A stretch of DNA of 64,000 bases from Acidimicrobiia bacterium (GCA_035468285.1 DATISY010000071.1:39697-103696); one strand, 5' to 3'; shown: positions 21,723-30,175, counted from the first letter of the stretch. The notes: generated by a model from the letters alone, not told the origin. A program made the numbers and translations.

Positions 21723-23056
21723 TCGCGGGCAGGCGGGTCGACGTCTCGCTCCTCGCCTGGGCTGTCGGGGGAACCCGGCTCCGAACCGTCGTGTCCCCGG
21801 GCCCGTTGCGTCTCGATCATCGCCACACGGCTCGTCAGGAACAGGGCCACCATCGCTGCGAGCAGGACCGGCGGCAGCAATCGCACGCCGATCATCTCCG
21901 CCACGACGAGGCTCGACCCGAACGGGGTCTTGGTGACGCCCACGTTGACCGCCACCATGCACGCCGCGATCGCGACCACCCGGTCGACGCCAAGCAGCTG
22001 ATGCGCCACCTCGCCGAGTGCCGCACCGACGAAGAACAACGGGATGATGAATCCGCCCCGCCATCCCGACGACACGATCATCGACGACGCCACCAGCTTC
22101 ACGACCGCGGCCAGAAGGAGCGTCGCGACCGCCAGCTTCGCGGTCGCCACCGTTTGGATCTGTCCCTCACCAAACGTCAGCGCGTACGGGCTCAGCAGCG
22201 CCAAGGCCCCGAGCGTGGCCCCGCCCAGTGCCGGTCGGGCCACCGCCGGAAGACGGCGGAAGCACTGGCGGAAAACCTTCGCCAAGACCGTGAACCCACC
22301 AGCGGCGAGGGCGCCGAGCACCCCGGCGCCGACGCCGACCGCGAGGTCGACGGCACGGAGCGCGTGCGGCTCGGGGAACCGCCAGATCGGATGGAACCCG
22401 AACCCGGTCACCGCCGCGTACACCACGTAGCCCGACAGGGAGCCAATCGCCGCCGGCAACAGCGCCTCGTAGTACTGCAGACCTCGACGGTGCAGGATCT
22501 CGAGGGCGAAGATCGCCGACCCGAACGGCGCGCCGAACAGGACGGTGAAGCCGGCCGCCATCCCCGTGATGGTCAGGACCCGCGTGTCGGGCACAGCGAG
22601 GTTCCGGCGGCGGGCAATCCACGTCCCAATGGCGCCGGTCGTCTGCACGAGCGGCGCCTCGGGCCCGATCGCGCTCCCCGCCCCGATTCCCAGGAGCGAG
22701 ATTGGGATCAGGGAGCGCAGCTCCCGCAGGTCGGATCGGCCCCCCGTCACATGGATGTTGTCGACGAGCAGCTCGACGTCCCCCGGGTTGCCGAGTGTCA
22801 TCGTGAGCATCCCGATCGTGATCCCCACGCCGGTCAGGACCACGACATCGGCCGCCTCGCTGAACCCGCCCGGGCCCAAGAGGTGCGTCACGAGCCGCAA
22901 GGTCTCGACGTAGGCCGCGCCCACTAGCCCCGAACCGAGACCCACGAGGACGACGAACCACCACAGGCCCTGCCGGGCACGAACCACCGACGCGAACCCC
23001 CACGTTCGTGCGGCGAATGGCCCGCGACCCCCGTTGGCGCGCGAACGACGTTTCAT
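21719..23056 (-). CDS. Voltage-gated chloride channel (ClC) family protein
   Basis: Multi-TM protein with GIGAGSAIGPEAPLVQTTGAIG and FGAPFGSAIFALE motifs of the ClC family. ATG 23056 (MKRRSRANGG...) chosen; the tracked ORF begins at 23149. Confidence 0.9.
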   Translation of the reverse strand: MKRRSRANGGRGPFAARTWGFASVVRARQGLWWFVVLVGLGSGLVGAAYVETLRLVTHLLGPGGFSEAADVVVLTGVGITIGMLTMTLGNPGDVELLVDNIHVTGGRSDLRELRSLIPISLLGIGAGSAIGPEAPLVQTTGAIGTWIARRRNLAVPDTRVLTITGMAAGFTVLFGAPFGSAIFALEILHRRGLQYYEALLPAAIGSLSGYVVYAAVTGFGFHPIWRFPEPHALRAVDLAVGVGAGVLGALAAGGFTVLAKVFRQCFRRLPAVARPALGGATLGALALLSPYALTFGEGQIQTVATAKLAVATLLLAAVVKLVASSMIVSSGWRGGFIIPLFFVGAALGEVAHQLLGVDRVVAIAACMVAVNVGVTKTPFGSSLVVAEMIGVRLLPPVLLAAMVALFLTSRVAMIETQRARGHDGSEPGSPDSPGEERDVDPPARD

Positions 23057-23149
23057 ATCGTAATAGGATATTCCGCTTGGGGGCGAAGCCCGGCGTCGGC
23101 GCGAAAGTGTGAGACGGACGCGACGCGGCCGACAGCGACGGGAGGCCAC

Positions 23150-23563
23150 ATGACGCGGAGGGCCTTCGAGCTGGTGTCCATCGGTCGGGTCGAGTCTCCC
23201 TTGATCGACCGGTCAACGGCCCCGAAGCAAGGTGATGAGGGGTCGCCGCCGGCGTGTCTCGTCTTCGACGAAGCGGTCACCGACGCCCTCGCCGACATCG
23301 GCGCGCGAGACGACGTCATCGTCCTGACGTGGCTGCACCGCGCCCAGCGCGACGTGTTGCGCGTCCATCCTCGAGATGACCGCACCCAGCCGGAGTGAGG
23401 CGTGTTCAGCACCCGCTCGCCGGACCGACCGAACCCGATCGGGCTCCATCACGTCCGCGTCGTCTCGGTCGAGGGCCGACGGGTCCAGGTCCGAGACCTC
23501 GAGGCCATCGACGGCACCCCGATCGTCGACGTCAAGCCGGTGCTGCGCCATCGCGGCGCCTGA
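23150..23563 (+). pseudogene. TrmO/TsaA-family (YaeB-like) tRNA methyltransferase gene interrupted by one in-frame TGA at 23396-23398
   Basis: The 82-aa ORF 23150..23398 (MTRRAFELVSIGRVESPLIDRSTAPKQ...) is the N-terminal half of the family. The same frame continues after the TGA as GVFSTRSPDRPNPIGLHHVRVVSVEGRRVQVRDLEAIDGTPIVDVKPV..., the conserved C-terminal half, ending at TGA 23561-23563. Confidence 0.75.
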
Positions 23564-23614
23564 GCTTCCTGCTGACACGCGAGCTTGGAGGCGGAGCCAC
23601 CCGGGCCGGGCGGT

Positions 23615-24859
23615 TCATGCGATGACGCCGGCCTCGCGCAATCGAGCCAGCTCGGCGTCGTCGAGGCCCAGCTCCTCGTGTAGGACCTGGTCGGTGTGCT
23701 CGCCGACCCACGGGACTCGCGTCTCGGGGCCGTCCGCGACCTTGGACAGCTTCACCGGGTTGCCCGGCATGAGATACGGGGGTTCCCCGTCCGTGCGGGG
23801 CACCTCGACGAGCATGTCGCGGGCCGCGACGTGCGGGTCCGCGATCACGTCGGGCGCGGTGTTGACCGGGCCGGACGCAATGCCAGCCTCATTGAGCTCC
23901 CGGGCCGCCTCGAGCTTGGTCTTCCCCGCGGCCCACCCCTCGATCGCGGGTCGGATCACCTCCTCGAGGTGGACGCGCCAACCCTCCCGCGTCGCGAAGC
24001 GAGGATCGTCGAGCCACTGCGGTTGCCCGATCATCTTCGCCAGCCGTTCGAACTGGTGCTCCCGCCCGACCTGGACGACGAACCAGCCATCGCGGGCGCG
24101 GAACCCATCCATGATCAGCAACGGGCCGAGCCCGCCGGGCCGCAACCCCATCGACCAGAAGTTCGTGACGAGATCCGTCATCGCGACCACCGCGTCGAGC
24201 ATCGCGACGTCGACGTACTGGCCTTCGCCGGTGTGATCACGGTGACGGAGCGCGGCGAGCGCTCCGATCACCGCGAACATCGCGCTCGAGATGTCACCGA
24301 GCGCGCCGACGGGACCGACCACCGGTGGTTGGTCCTCCGGCTGCTTGAACGAGTAGATCCCCGACATCGCCTCGACGATCGGGGCGTACGCGGCCCACGA
24401 GTCGTACGGGGACGGCACGGTGTTGCCGAATCCCGACACCGACACGTAGATCAGCCGCGGGTACTCGGAGGCCAGGTCCTGATACGCGAGGCCCATGCGG
24501 GCCATCGTCCCCGGCTTGAAGTTCTCGGCCACGATGTCAACGTGACCCGCGAGCGCCCGGAACAGGTCTCGGCCCTCCGGGGCCTTCAGGTCGATGCCGA
24601 CACTGCGCTTGTTGAGGTTGTTGCGCAGAAACGTCGCGCCGGCGAGGCGACCTGTCGGGTCCTTCATCGCGGGAAGTGCGCCACGTCCCGACTCGCCATC
24701 TCGGGGGTGCTCGACCTTGATGACGTCGGCGCCGAGACGGGCCAGCACCTGCGTCCCGAACGGCAACGCCTGCATCTGCTCCGCGGCGAGGACCCGGATG
24801 CCGTCCAGGGGCTTCCCGTACCGCAGCGCGTCGGCGTTGGCGACGTCGCCGAGCTTCAT
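23615..24859 (-). CDS. Family III CoA-transferase (CaiB/BaiF)
   Basis: MKLGDVANADALRYGKPLDGIRVLAAEQMQALPFGTQVLARLGADVIKVEHP is a typical family III N-terminus. ATG 24859 chosen; the tracked ORF begins at 24988. Confidence 0.85.
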   Translation of the reverse strand: MKLGDVANADALRYGKPLDGIRVLAAEQMQALPFGTQVLARLGADVIKVEHPRDGESGRGALPAMKDPTGRLAGATFLRNNLNKRSVGIDLKAPEGRDLFRALAGHVDIVAENFKPGTMARMGLAYQDLASEYPRLIYVSVSGFGNTVPSPYDSWAAYAPIVEAMSGIYSFKQPEDQPPVVGPVGALGDISSAMFAVIGALAALRHRDHTGEGQYVDVAMLDAVVAMTDLVTNFWSMGLRPGGLGPLLIMDGFRARDGWFVVQVGREHQFERLAKMIGQPQWLDDPRFATREGWRVHLEEVIRPAIEGWAAGKTKLEAARELNEAGIASGPVNTAPDVIADPHVAARDMLVEVPRTDGEPPYLMPGNPVKLSKVADGPETRVPWVGEHTDQVLHEELGLDDAELARLREAGVIA

Positions 24860-25005
24860 CGCTCCACCGGCGCGGAAGTACGCGGCATTTGTCGAGTCAT
24901 GGCCCGCATCGTAGAGCCGCTCGCGACCGGACTCGGTGAGCGTGACGTACGATCCCCGTCCGCTCGAGTGCCGGGATCGGGACAACACACCGAAAGGGAC
25001 GATCG

Positions 25006-25935
25006 ATGAGGGTACGAATCCAGCTGCTCGCCGTCGCGACGGTCACGGTGTTCGCGCTCGGGTCGGCTCCGACGGTCGCGGGCGCCAAGCTGCCGCCACC
25101 GCGCAAGAACCATCAGCAGCAGGCGTCGGCGCTGTTCGTCGTCAACGCCAGCGGCGGGACCGCGACCAGCCCGACTGGATCGACGTTCACGCTGGACCTG
25201 TCGGGTGTGAACCCAGACGCGGTGTTCTTCACCGACCGGCCCGCACGCGACACCGGCGTGCTCGGCGTCGACCGGATGCTCCAGGTCCTGCGCGACGGCC
25301 AGCGCACCCCGCCCAACGGCGTCGTCGACGTCTCGGGCGGCCAGCAGGGACCCTTCGCCGTGGCGGTGGAGCTGACCAACCCGTCGTACGACCAATCCAG
25401 TCACACGCTCCACTACCAGGCCCACACCCTCAAGAAGACGAAGGGCACCCGGCTCACGCACTACGACCGCCGCCTCGACACCCAGCTCCCCGGCCAGTTC
25501 GGCCGCGCCGCGCTGTTCATCGACACCTCGCCGTTCGGCAGCACGAACTTCTGCGGCGTGACCGTCGCGAACTACACCGAGCAGAACGTCACCCTGAACA
25601 ACCAGTCCAAGTGGGGCACCGACACATGGGACCCGTCGCCCCCCAACAACGGGTTCATCCTCGGGCTCGTCGCGAACACGTACTGGCAGAGCGACGGCGG
25701 ATTCGCTCGCGGGTGCGGCAACTCCACGACGTGGCAGCAAGCGGACGGCACGACGTTCAACACGAGCGTGACCGATCCGTACGGCAACAACCCCAACTCA
25801 ATCAGCTGCACATCGTCGGACCCGACCGGTCACCCCTGCCACCTCGACCCGTCCAGCGTCACCCGGGGACCGGACGCGCAGGTCACCTTCTATTTCTGCG
25901 ACTTTGCGCGCCAGAGCATCTGCCCCGGCCAGTAG
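25006..25935 (+). CDS. Secreted two-domain protein of unknown function with a Cys-rich, Asn/Thr/Gln-rich C-terminal domain
   Basis: Signal peptide MRVRIQLLAVATVTVFALGSAPTVAGA and RBS AAGGGA upstream. The C-terminal ~135 aa contains 6 Cys. Codon third positions stay GC-rich, so codon usage looks native. Confidence 0.75.
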   Translation: MRVRIQLLAVATVTVFALGSAPTVAGAKLPPPRKNHQQQASALFVVNASGGTATSPTGSTFTLDLSGVNPDAVFFTDRPARDTGVLGVDRMLQVLRDGQRTPPNGVVDVSGGQQGPFAVAVELTNPSYDQSSHTLHYQAHTLKKTKGTRLTHYDRRLDTQLPGQFGRAALFIDTSPFGSTNFCGVTVANYTEQNVTLNNQSKWGTDTWDPSPPNNGFILGLVANTYWQSDGGFARGCGNSTTWQQADGTTFNTSVTDPYGNNPNSISCTSSDPTGHPCHLDPSSVTRGPDAQVTFYFCDFARQSICPGQ

Positions 25936-25946
25936 GGGGCTGACCC

Positions 25947-25963
25947 GGCCGCCGTCGGCGGCC
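25947..25963 (+). terminator. Candidate stem-loop after the secreted-protein gene (GGCCGCC-GTC-GGCGGCC)
   Basis: A perfect 7-bp GC stem with a 3-nt loop lies 12 nt after the stop codon. No U-tract follows, so function is uncertain. Confidence 0.3.
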
Positions 25964-26072
25964 CGGCGGCGCTCGGCTGCTCGCGTCCGCTCGCCGTCGG
26001 GGTTCTGCTGCCGGGTACGCTCGTCGCGTCCGTGACCCGCCGGGTCGATCGAAACGCGAGCGACGGGACGTC

Positions 26073-27479
26073 ATGCAGGGGATTCTGAGCGCCGCCGGGT
26101 ACGTGCCGTACCGGCGACTGGACCGCAGCACGATCACGAAGACGTTCGGTTCCGGTGGGGGACGCGGCACCCGCGCCGTCGCCGGCTACGACGAGGACAC
26201 GACCACCCTCGGCGTCGAGGCCGCACGCCTGGCCCTGCGCGGCGCACCCGGCATCGCCCCCCAGGCGCTCTGGTTCGCGACCGTGGCGCCCGCCTACCTC
26301 GACAAGACCAACGCCACCACGATCCACGCCGCGCTGCGCCTCGACGGCGACGTCCTCGCGGCGGACTTCGGGGGTGCGATCCGCTCCGGCGTCGGTGCGC
26401 TCGTCGCCTCGCTCCACGGTGGCACCCCGACCCTCATCGTCACCGCCGACACCCGCGACGGGCTGCCCACCAGCGGCGACGAATCCGCCGGCGGTGACGC
26501 CGGGGCCGCGATCCTCGTCGGCTCCGACTCGGACGGCCCGCTCCTCGCCACCCTTATCGGCGAGGGCCACGCCACCGAGGAGTTCCTCGACCGGTGGCGC
26601 ACCCCCGGCGACCGCCGCTCCAAGGTCTGGGAGGAGCGGTTCGGCGAGACGAAGTATGTGCCGCTCGGCGAGCAGGCCTGGAACGTCGCGCTGAAAGCCG
26701 CCGAGCTCACCGCCGACCAGATCAGCCGAGTGATCATCACCGGCCCGCACGCGCGCGCCATCCGCGCCCTCACCGGACGACTGGGCGTCGAACCGGACCG
26801 CGTCGTCGACGACCTCGCAGGCTCGGTCGGGTACTCGGGCGCAGCGCACCTCGGCCTGCTGCTCGCCGCGACACTCGAGACCGCCCAACCGGGCGAGATC
26901 GTCGCCATCGTCTCGCTCGCCGACGGCGCAGACGCCCTGCTCTTCCGGGTCACGGACACGATCACGGCATGGAAGCCCGCCCGGAGCGTGGCGGCCCAAG
27001 TCGCCGGTGGCGCCGACCTCCCGTACGGAAAGTTCCTCAGCTGGCGCGGCACGGTGACCCTCGAGCCGCCGCGCCGGCCCGAGCCCGATCGGATCTCCGC
27101 GTCCGTCACCGGGCGCACCGAGCACTACAAGTACGGGTTCGTCGGATCGCGAGACCGGGCGAGCGAAGCGCTGCACCTGCCACCCGCCCGCGTGTCCCGG
27201 GTCGGGGGCGCGGTCGACGACATGGATTCGGTGCCGATGGCCGATGTGCCCGGCACCATCGCGGCATTCACCATCGACCGCATCGCGTACTCGCCGAGTC
27301 CACCCATCGTGTTCGCCATCGTCGACTTCGACGGCGGAGGTCGACTGCCGGTCGAGCTGACTGACGTGAACGCCGATGACCTCCAGGTCGGTGACCGGGT
27401 CGAGATGACCTTCCGGCGGCTCTTCACCGCTGACGGAATCCACAACTACTTCTGGAAGGCTCGCCCTATCCGGGGCTGA
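26073..27479 (+). CDS. HMG-CoA-synthase/KAS-III-like thiolase-fold domain fused to a DUF35-type OB-fold domain (cysteine-free)
   Basis: The N-terminal ~330 aa follows the HMGS-like pattern (GYVPYRRLDR...AGYDEDTTTLGVEAA...). The C-terminal ~130 aa follows the DUF35 OB-fold pattern (GTIAAFTIDR...VDFDGGGRLPVELTD...GDRVEMTFR). The 468-aa translation contains no Cys at all. Confidence 0.85.
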   Translation: MQGILSAAGYVPYRRLDRSTITKTFGSGGGRGTRAVAGYDEDTTTLGVEAARLALRGAPGIAPQALWFATVAPAYLDKTNATTIHAALRLDGDVLAADFGGAIRSGVGALVASLHGGTPTLIVTADTRDGLPTSGDESAGGDAGAAILVGSDSDGPLLATLIGEGHATEEFLDRWRTPGDRRSKVWEERFGETKYVPLGEQAWNVALKAAELTADQISRVIITGPHARAIRALTGRLGVEPDRVVDDLAGSVGYSGAAHLGLLLAATLETAQPGEIVAIVSLADGADALLFRVTDTITAWKPARSVAAQVAGGADLPYGKFLSWRGTVTLEPPRRPEPDRISASVTGRTEHYKYGFVGSRDRASEALHLPPARVSRVGGAVDDMDSVPMADVPGTIAAFTIDRIAYSPSPPIVFAIVDFDGGGRLPVELTDVNADDLQVGDRVEMTFRRLFTADGIHNYFWKARPIRG

Positions 27480-27522
27480 GCGCGACGCCGGCGGAGCCGG
27501 CCGAGGAGAAGGCACAGAACCC

Positions 27523-28719
27523 ATGAGCTCGCACGGGATCAAAGACCAAGTCGCCATCGTCGGCATGGGATGCACGCGCTTCGGCGAGCATTGGACCAAA
27601 GGCGCCGACGACCTCCTGATCGATTCGACCACGGAAGCGCTCGAAAGCGCCGGCGTCGGGAAGCATGACGTCGACGCGTTCTGGCTCGGCACCGCCATGT
27701 CGGGGATGTCAGGGATGACGCTGTCGCGTCCCCTCGAATTGCAGAACAAGCCGGTCACCCGGGTCGAGAACTTTTGCGCCACCGGGTCCGAGGCGCTTCG
27801 CAACGCGGCGTACGCGGTCGCGTCAGGCGCGTACGACATCGCGATGGCTGTCGGCGTCGAGAAGGTGAAGGACAGCGGCTACCAGGGACTCGTCGGCGCG
27901 GGCAAGACGCCCACGGACGGCACGAACCGGACGTTGACCGCGGCCGCGATGTTCGCGATGTGCGCGCCCGCCTACGGAGCGAAGTACGGCGTCAGCGAGG
28001 AGCAGATGCGGGAGGTGCTGGCCCGCATCTCGTGGAAGAACCACTACAACGGGGCGCGGAACCCCCGGGCGCAGTTCCGCAAGGAAGTCACGATGGACAC
28101 GATCTGCGGTGCGCCGCTCATGGCGGGTGGCCTGCGGGTCTTCGACTGCTCCGGCGTGGCCGACGGGAGCGCCGCCGCGGTGCTGGTGCGGGCGGAGGAC
28201 GCGGCGAAGTACACCGACAAGCCGTTGTACGTGAAGGCGCTGTCGTTCGTCGCGGGGAACGCCTCCGGGAACGCCGACCCGGACTACGACTACACGTGGT
28301 TCCCCGAGATCCACGCCGCGGGACAGGACGCGTACGCCCAAGCGGGCGTGACCGACCCGCGCGGGCAGATCTCAATGGCGGAGGTCCACGACTGCTTCAC
28401 CCCGGCGGAGCTGCTCATCTACGAGGACCTCGGGTTCGTCGAGCGGGGCACGGCCTGGAAAGAGGTCCTCGCGGGGACGTTCGATCTCGCCGGCGACCTG
28501 CCCGTCAACCCGGACGGTGGCCTCAAGAGCTTCGGGCACCCGGTCGGCGCGTCGGGGCTGCGGATGTTCTTCGAGACGTGGCTGCAGCTGCGGGGCGAGG
28601 CGCCCGAGGATCGGCGGATCACCACCGCGGATCGGGGACTCGCATTGACCCACAACCTGGGCGGCTACCCGGGCGAGATGGTCAGCTTCGTCGGCATCGT
28701 GGGCAACGAACGAGGCTGA
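27523..28719 (+). CDS. SCPx-type thiolase (lipid-transfer-protein/Ltp-like acetyl-CoA acyltransferase)
   Basis: VAIVGMGCTRFGEH, nucleophile region ENFCATGSEALRNA, AEVHDCFT, and NPDGGLKSFGHPVGASG. A strong RBS GAGGAGAAGG lies in the 43-bp gap after the preceding gene. Confidence 0.9.
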   Translation: MSSHGIKDQVAIVGMGCTRFGEHWTKGADDLLIDSTTEALESAGVGKHDVDAFWLGTAMSGMSGMTLSRPLELQNKPVTRVENFCATGSEALRNAAYAVASGAYDIAMAVGVEKVKDSGYQGLVGAGKTPTDGTNRTLTAAAMFAMCAPAYGAKYGVSEEQMREVLARISWKNHYNGARNPRAQFRKEVTMDTICGAPLMAGGLRVFDCSGVADGSAAAVLVRAEDAAKYTDKPLYVKALSFVAGNASGNADPDYDYTWFPEIHAAGQDAYAQAGVTDPRGQISMAEVHDCFTPAELLIYEDLGFVERGTAWKEVLAGTFDLAGDLPVNPDGGLKSFGHPVGASGLRMFFETWLQLRGEAPEDRRITTADRGLALTHNLGGYPGEMVSFVGIVGNERG

Positions 28720-28735
28720 CGCCACCCTCGTCGGC

Positions 28736-29827
28736 TCAATCCAGCCAGTCTCGGATGACCGCCGCCCGACCGGCGTCCAGGTCCGGGCCCGTGGCCGTGC
28801 GCATCGGCTCGGTGCTCCCTCGGGACTGGACGTGGGGATCGGCGAGCATTGCGGCCACGTCGTTGACGGGCGCCACGGGGATGCGGGCCGCCAGGAACGC
28901 GTCGATGACGGTGTCGGCGTCGCGGGCGGCGATCCAGTCGGCGACGAGCGCGTCGAGCTCGTCGGCGTGGCCCATCCGGGTCGCGGCCTGCCCATAGCGC
29001 GCCCGGCTGCCGGCATCGTCGCGGTCGAGCAGCGCCAACAGCCGGGCCACCTGCGGATCGGTGGTGCCCGACACCGCGACGTACGCGCCGTCCGCGGCGC
29101 GGTACACGTTGCGAGGCGCGCCGCCCCGGACTCGGCTTCCTGATCGGCTCGGCGGGTCAGCCGGGTCGTAGCTCGCGATCGTCCCCCCGAGGACCTGGAG
29201 GACCGGCTCGTACATGCTGACGTCGACGAGACGGCCGCGGCCGTCGCCTCGGTCGCGACCCCAACCGGCGGCCAGCGCGCCGATGACCCCCGAGAATGCG
29301 GTCAGGGTGTCCCCGACCGGCACGGACGACAACATCGGGGGGCCTTCGGGATCCCCCGTCAGGTCGGTGAGGCCCGCGAACGCCTCGGCGAGGGTGCCCG
29401 CTCCCGGCCTGGCCGCGTACGGGCCGGTCAGCCCGTAGCAGCTGACAGCGACGACGACGAGGCGAGGGTTGAGGGCGGCGAGGTCCTCGAAGGTGCACGC
29501 CCAACGGGCCCGCACGCCCGGTGTCAGGTTCTCCACGAGGATGTCAGCGACCGACACCAGCTCGCCGAAGACGATCCGGTCGTCGGTGGTGTCGAGGTCG
29601 AGCACGATCGACCGCTTTCCTCGTGCCACCCAGGACCAGTTGCGCGAGACCCCGTCGCCGACCACGCCCATGCGGCGCATCGGGTCACCCCCGGGCGGCT
29701 CGACCTTGACGACGTCCGCGCCCAGGTCTGCGAGCATGGCACCGATCTGCGGCGCGGCGTAGAGGGTGGCCAGCTCGACGACGCGCAGTCCGGTCAGCGG
29801 GAGGTCGGGGTTCGGCGCTGGGCTCAA
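28736..29827 (-). CDS. Family III CoA-transferase (CaiB/BaiF)
   Basis: LTGLRVVELATLYAAPQIGAMLADLGADVVKVEPPGGDP is typical of the family. The TTG start overlaps the cupin stop (TTGA). Confidence 0.85.
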   Translation of the reverse strand: MSPAPNPDLPLTGLRVVELATLYAAPQIGAMLADLGADVVKVEPPGGDPMRRMGVVGDGVSRNWSWVARGKRSIVLDLDTTDDRIVFGELVSVADILVENLTPGVRARWACTFEDLAALNPRLVVVAVSCYGLTGPYAARPGAGTLAEAFAGLTDLTGDPEGPPMLSSVPVGDTLTAFSGVIGALAAGWGRDRGDGRGRLVDVSMYEPVLQVLGGTIASYDPADPPSRSGSRVRGGAPRNVYRAADGAYVAVSGTTDPQVARLLALLDRDDAGSRARYGQAATRMGHADELDALVADWIAARDADTVIDAFLAARIPVAPVNDVAAMLADPHVQSRGSTEPMRTATGPDLDAGRAAVIRDWLD

Positions 29828-30144
29828 TCCTTCAGCTCGACGAGGATTTCCCGATACCGCTGCTGACCGGTGTTCTTGGCGGTCTCGATCCCGCCCCGCT
29901 CGAGGTAGATGACGTTGCCGGGGGCGACGTCACCTTCGACCGTCCCTTCCCCGTAGCTGCCCTTCGTGTCGGCCTCGAAGATCCCGGCGATCTTGTCGCC
30001 CTCGAGCTGGATCAGGAGATAGTCGAGCGAGTGCTCGTGCACGTCGGAGGTCTCGCCGGGGTCGAGCAGCATCTCCCACACCCGGACCCGGTCGTTCTCG
30101 AAGAGCTTCGTCGTGGCGACGTCGCCGAGTTCTCGTTGGCTCAT
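29824..30144 (-). CDS. Cupin-domain protein
   Basis: A 106-aa small beta-barrel pattern (ENDRVRVWEMLLDPGETSDVHEHSLDYLLIQLEG...). ATG 30144 is preceded by AGGGGGAA. The tracked ORF start at 30210 would overlap the upstream LLM gene. Confidence 0.7.
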   Translation of the reverse strand: MSQRELGDVATTKLFENDRVRVWEMLLDPGETSDVHEHSLDYLLIQLEGDKIAGIFEADTKGSYGEGTVEGDVAPGNVIYLERGGIETAKNTGQQRYREILVELKD

Positions 30145-30175
30145 AGCGAGTTCCCCCTGTTGGCTCGGTGGTGGA

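Noticed and set aside
21077-22927. 616-aa plus-strand ORF
   Set aside because: It is antisense to the ClC channel gene and out of frame with the hydrolase gene. The composition is extremely Arg/His/Asp/Pro-rich, with no TM helices or motifs.
23057-23149. Possible fluoride (crcB-motif) riboswitch in the ClC leader
   Set aside because: On the minus strand, the leader TGTGGCCTCCCGTCGC...GGGCTTCGCCCCCAAGCGGAATATCCTATTACGAT lacks the conserved GGxGAUGG...CCxCC P1/pseudoknot and the AACCGCC and CUGAUGA elements of the motif as I remember it. Only a weak AAUAUCCUA resemblance remains. A covariance-model scan would settle it.
23396-23398. Selenocysteine or other programmed recoding at the in-frame TGA of the TrmO-like gene
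   Set aside because: The position is a variable, non-catalytic residue in the family, not a Cys position. I see no convincing SECIS-like stem-loop in the ~40 nt downstream; there is only a short CCCGATCGGG palindrome. A nonsense mutation or a sequencing error is more parsimonious.
25890-27839. 649-aa minus-strand ORF
   Set aside because: It is antisense to the HMGS-like::DUF35 gene and the thiolase start, both of which have strong family patterns. It is a shadow ORF.
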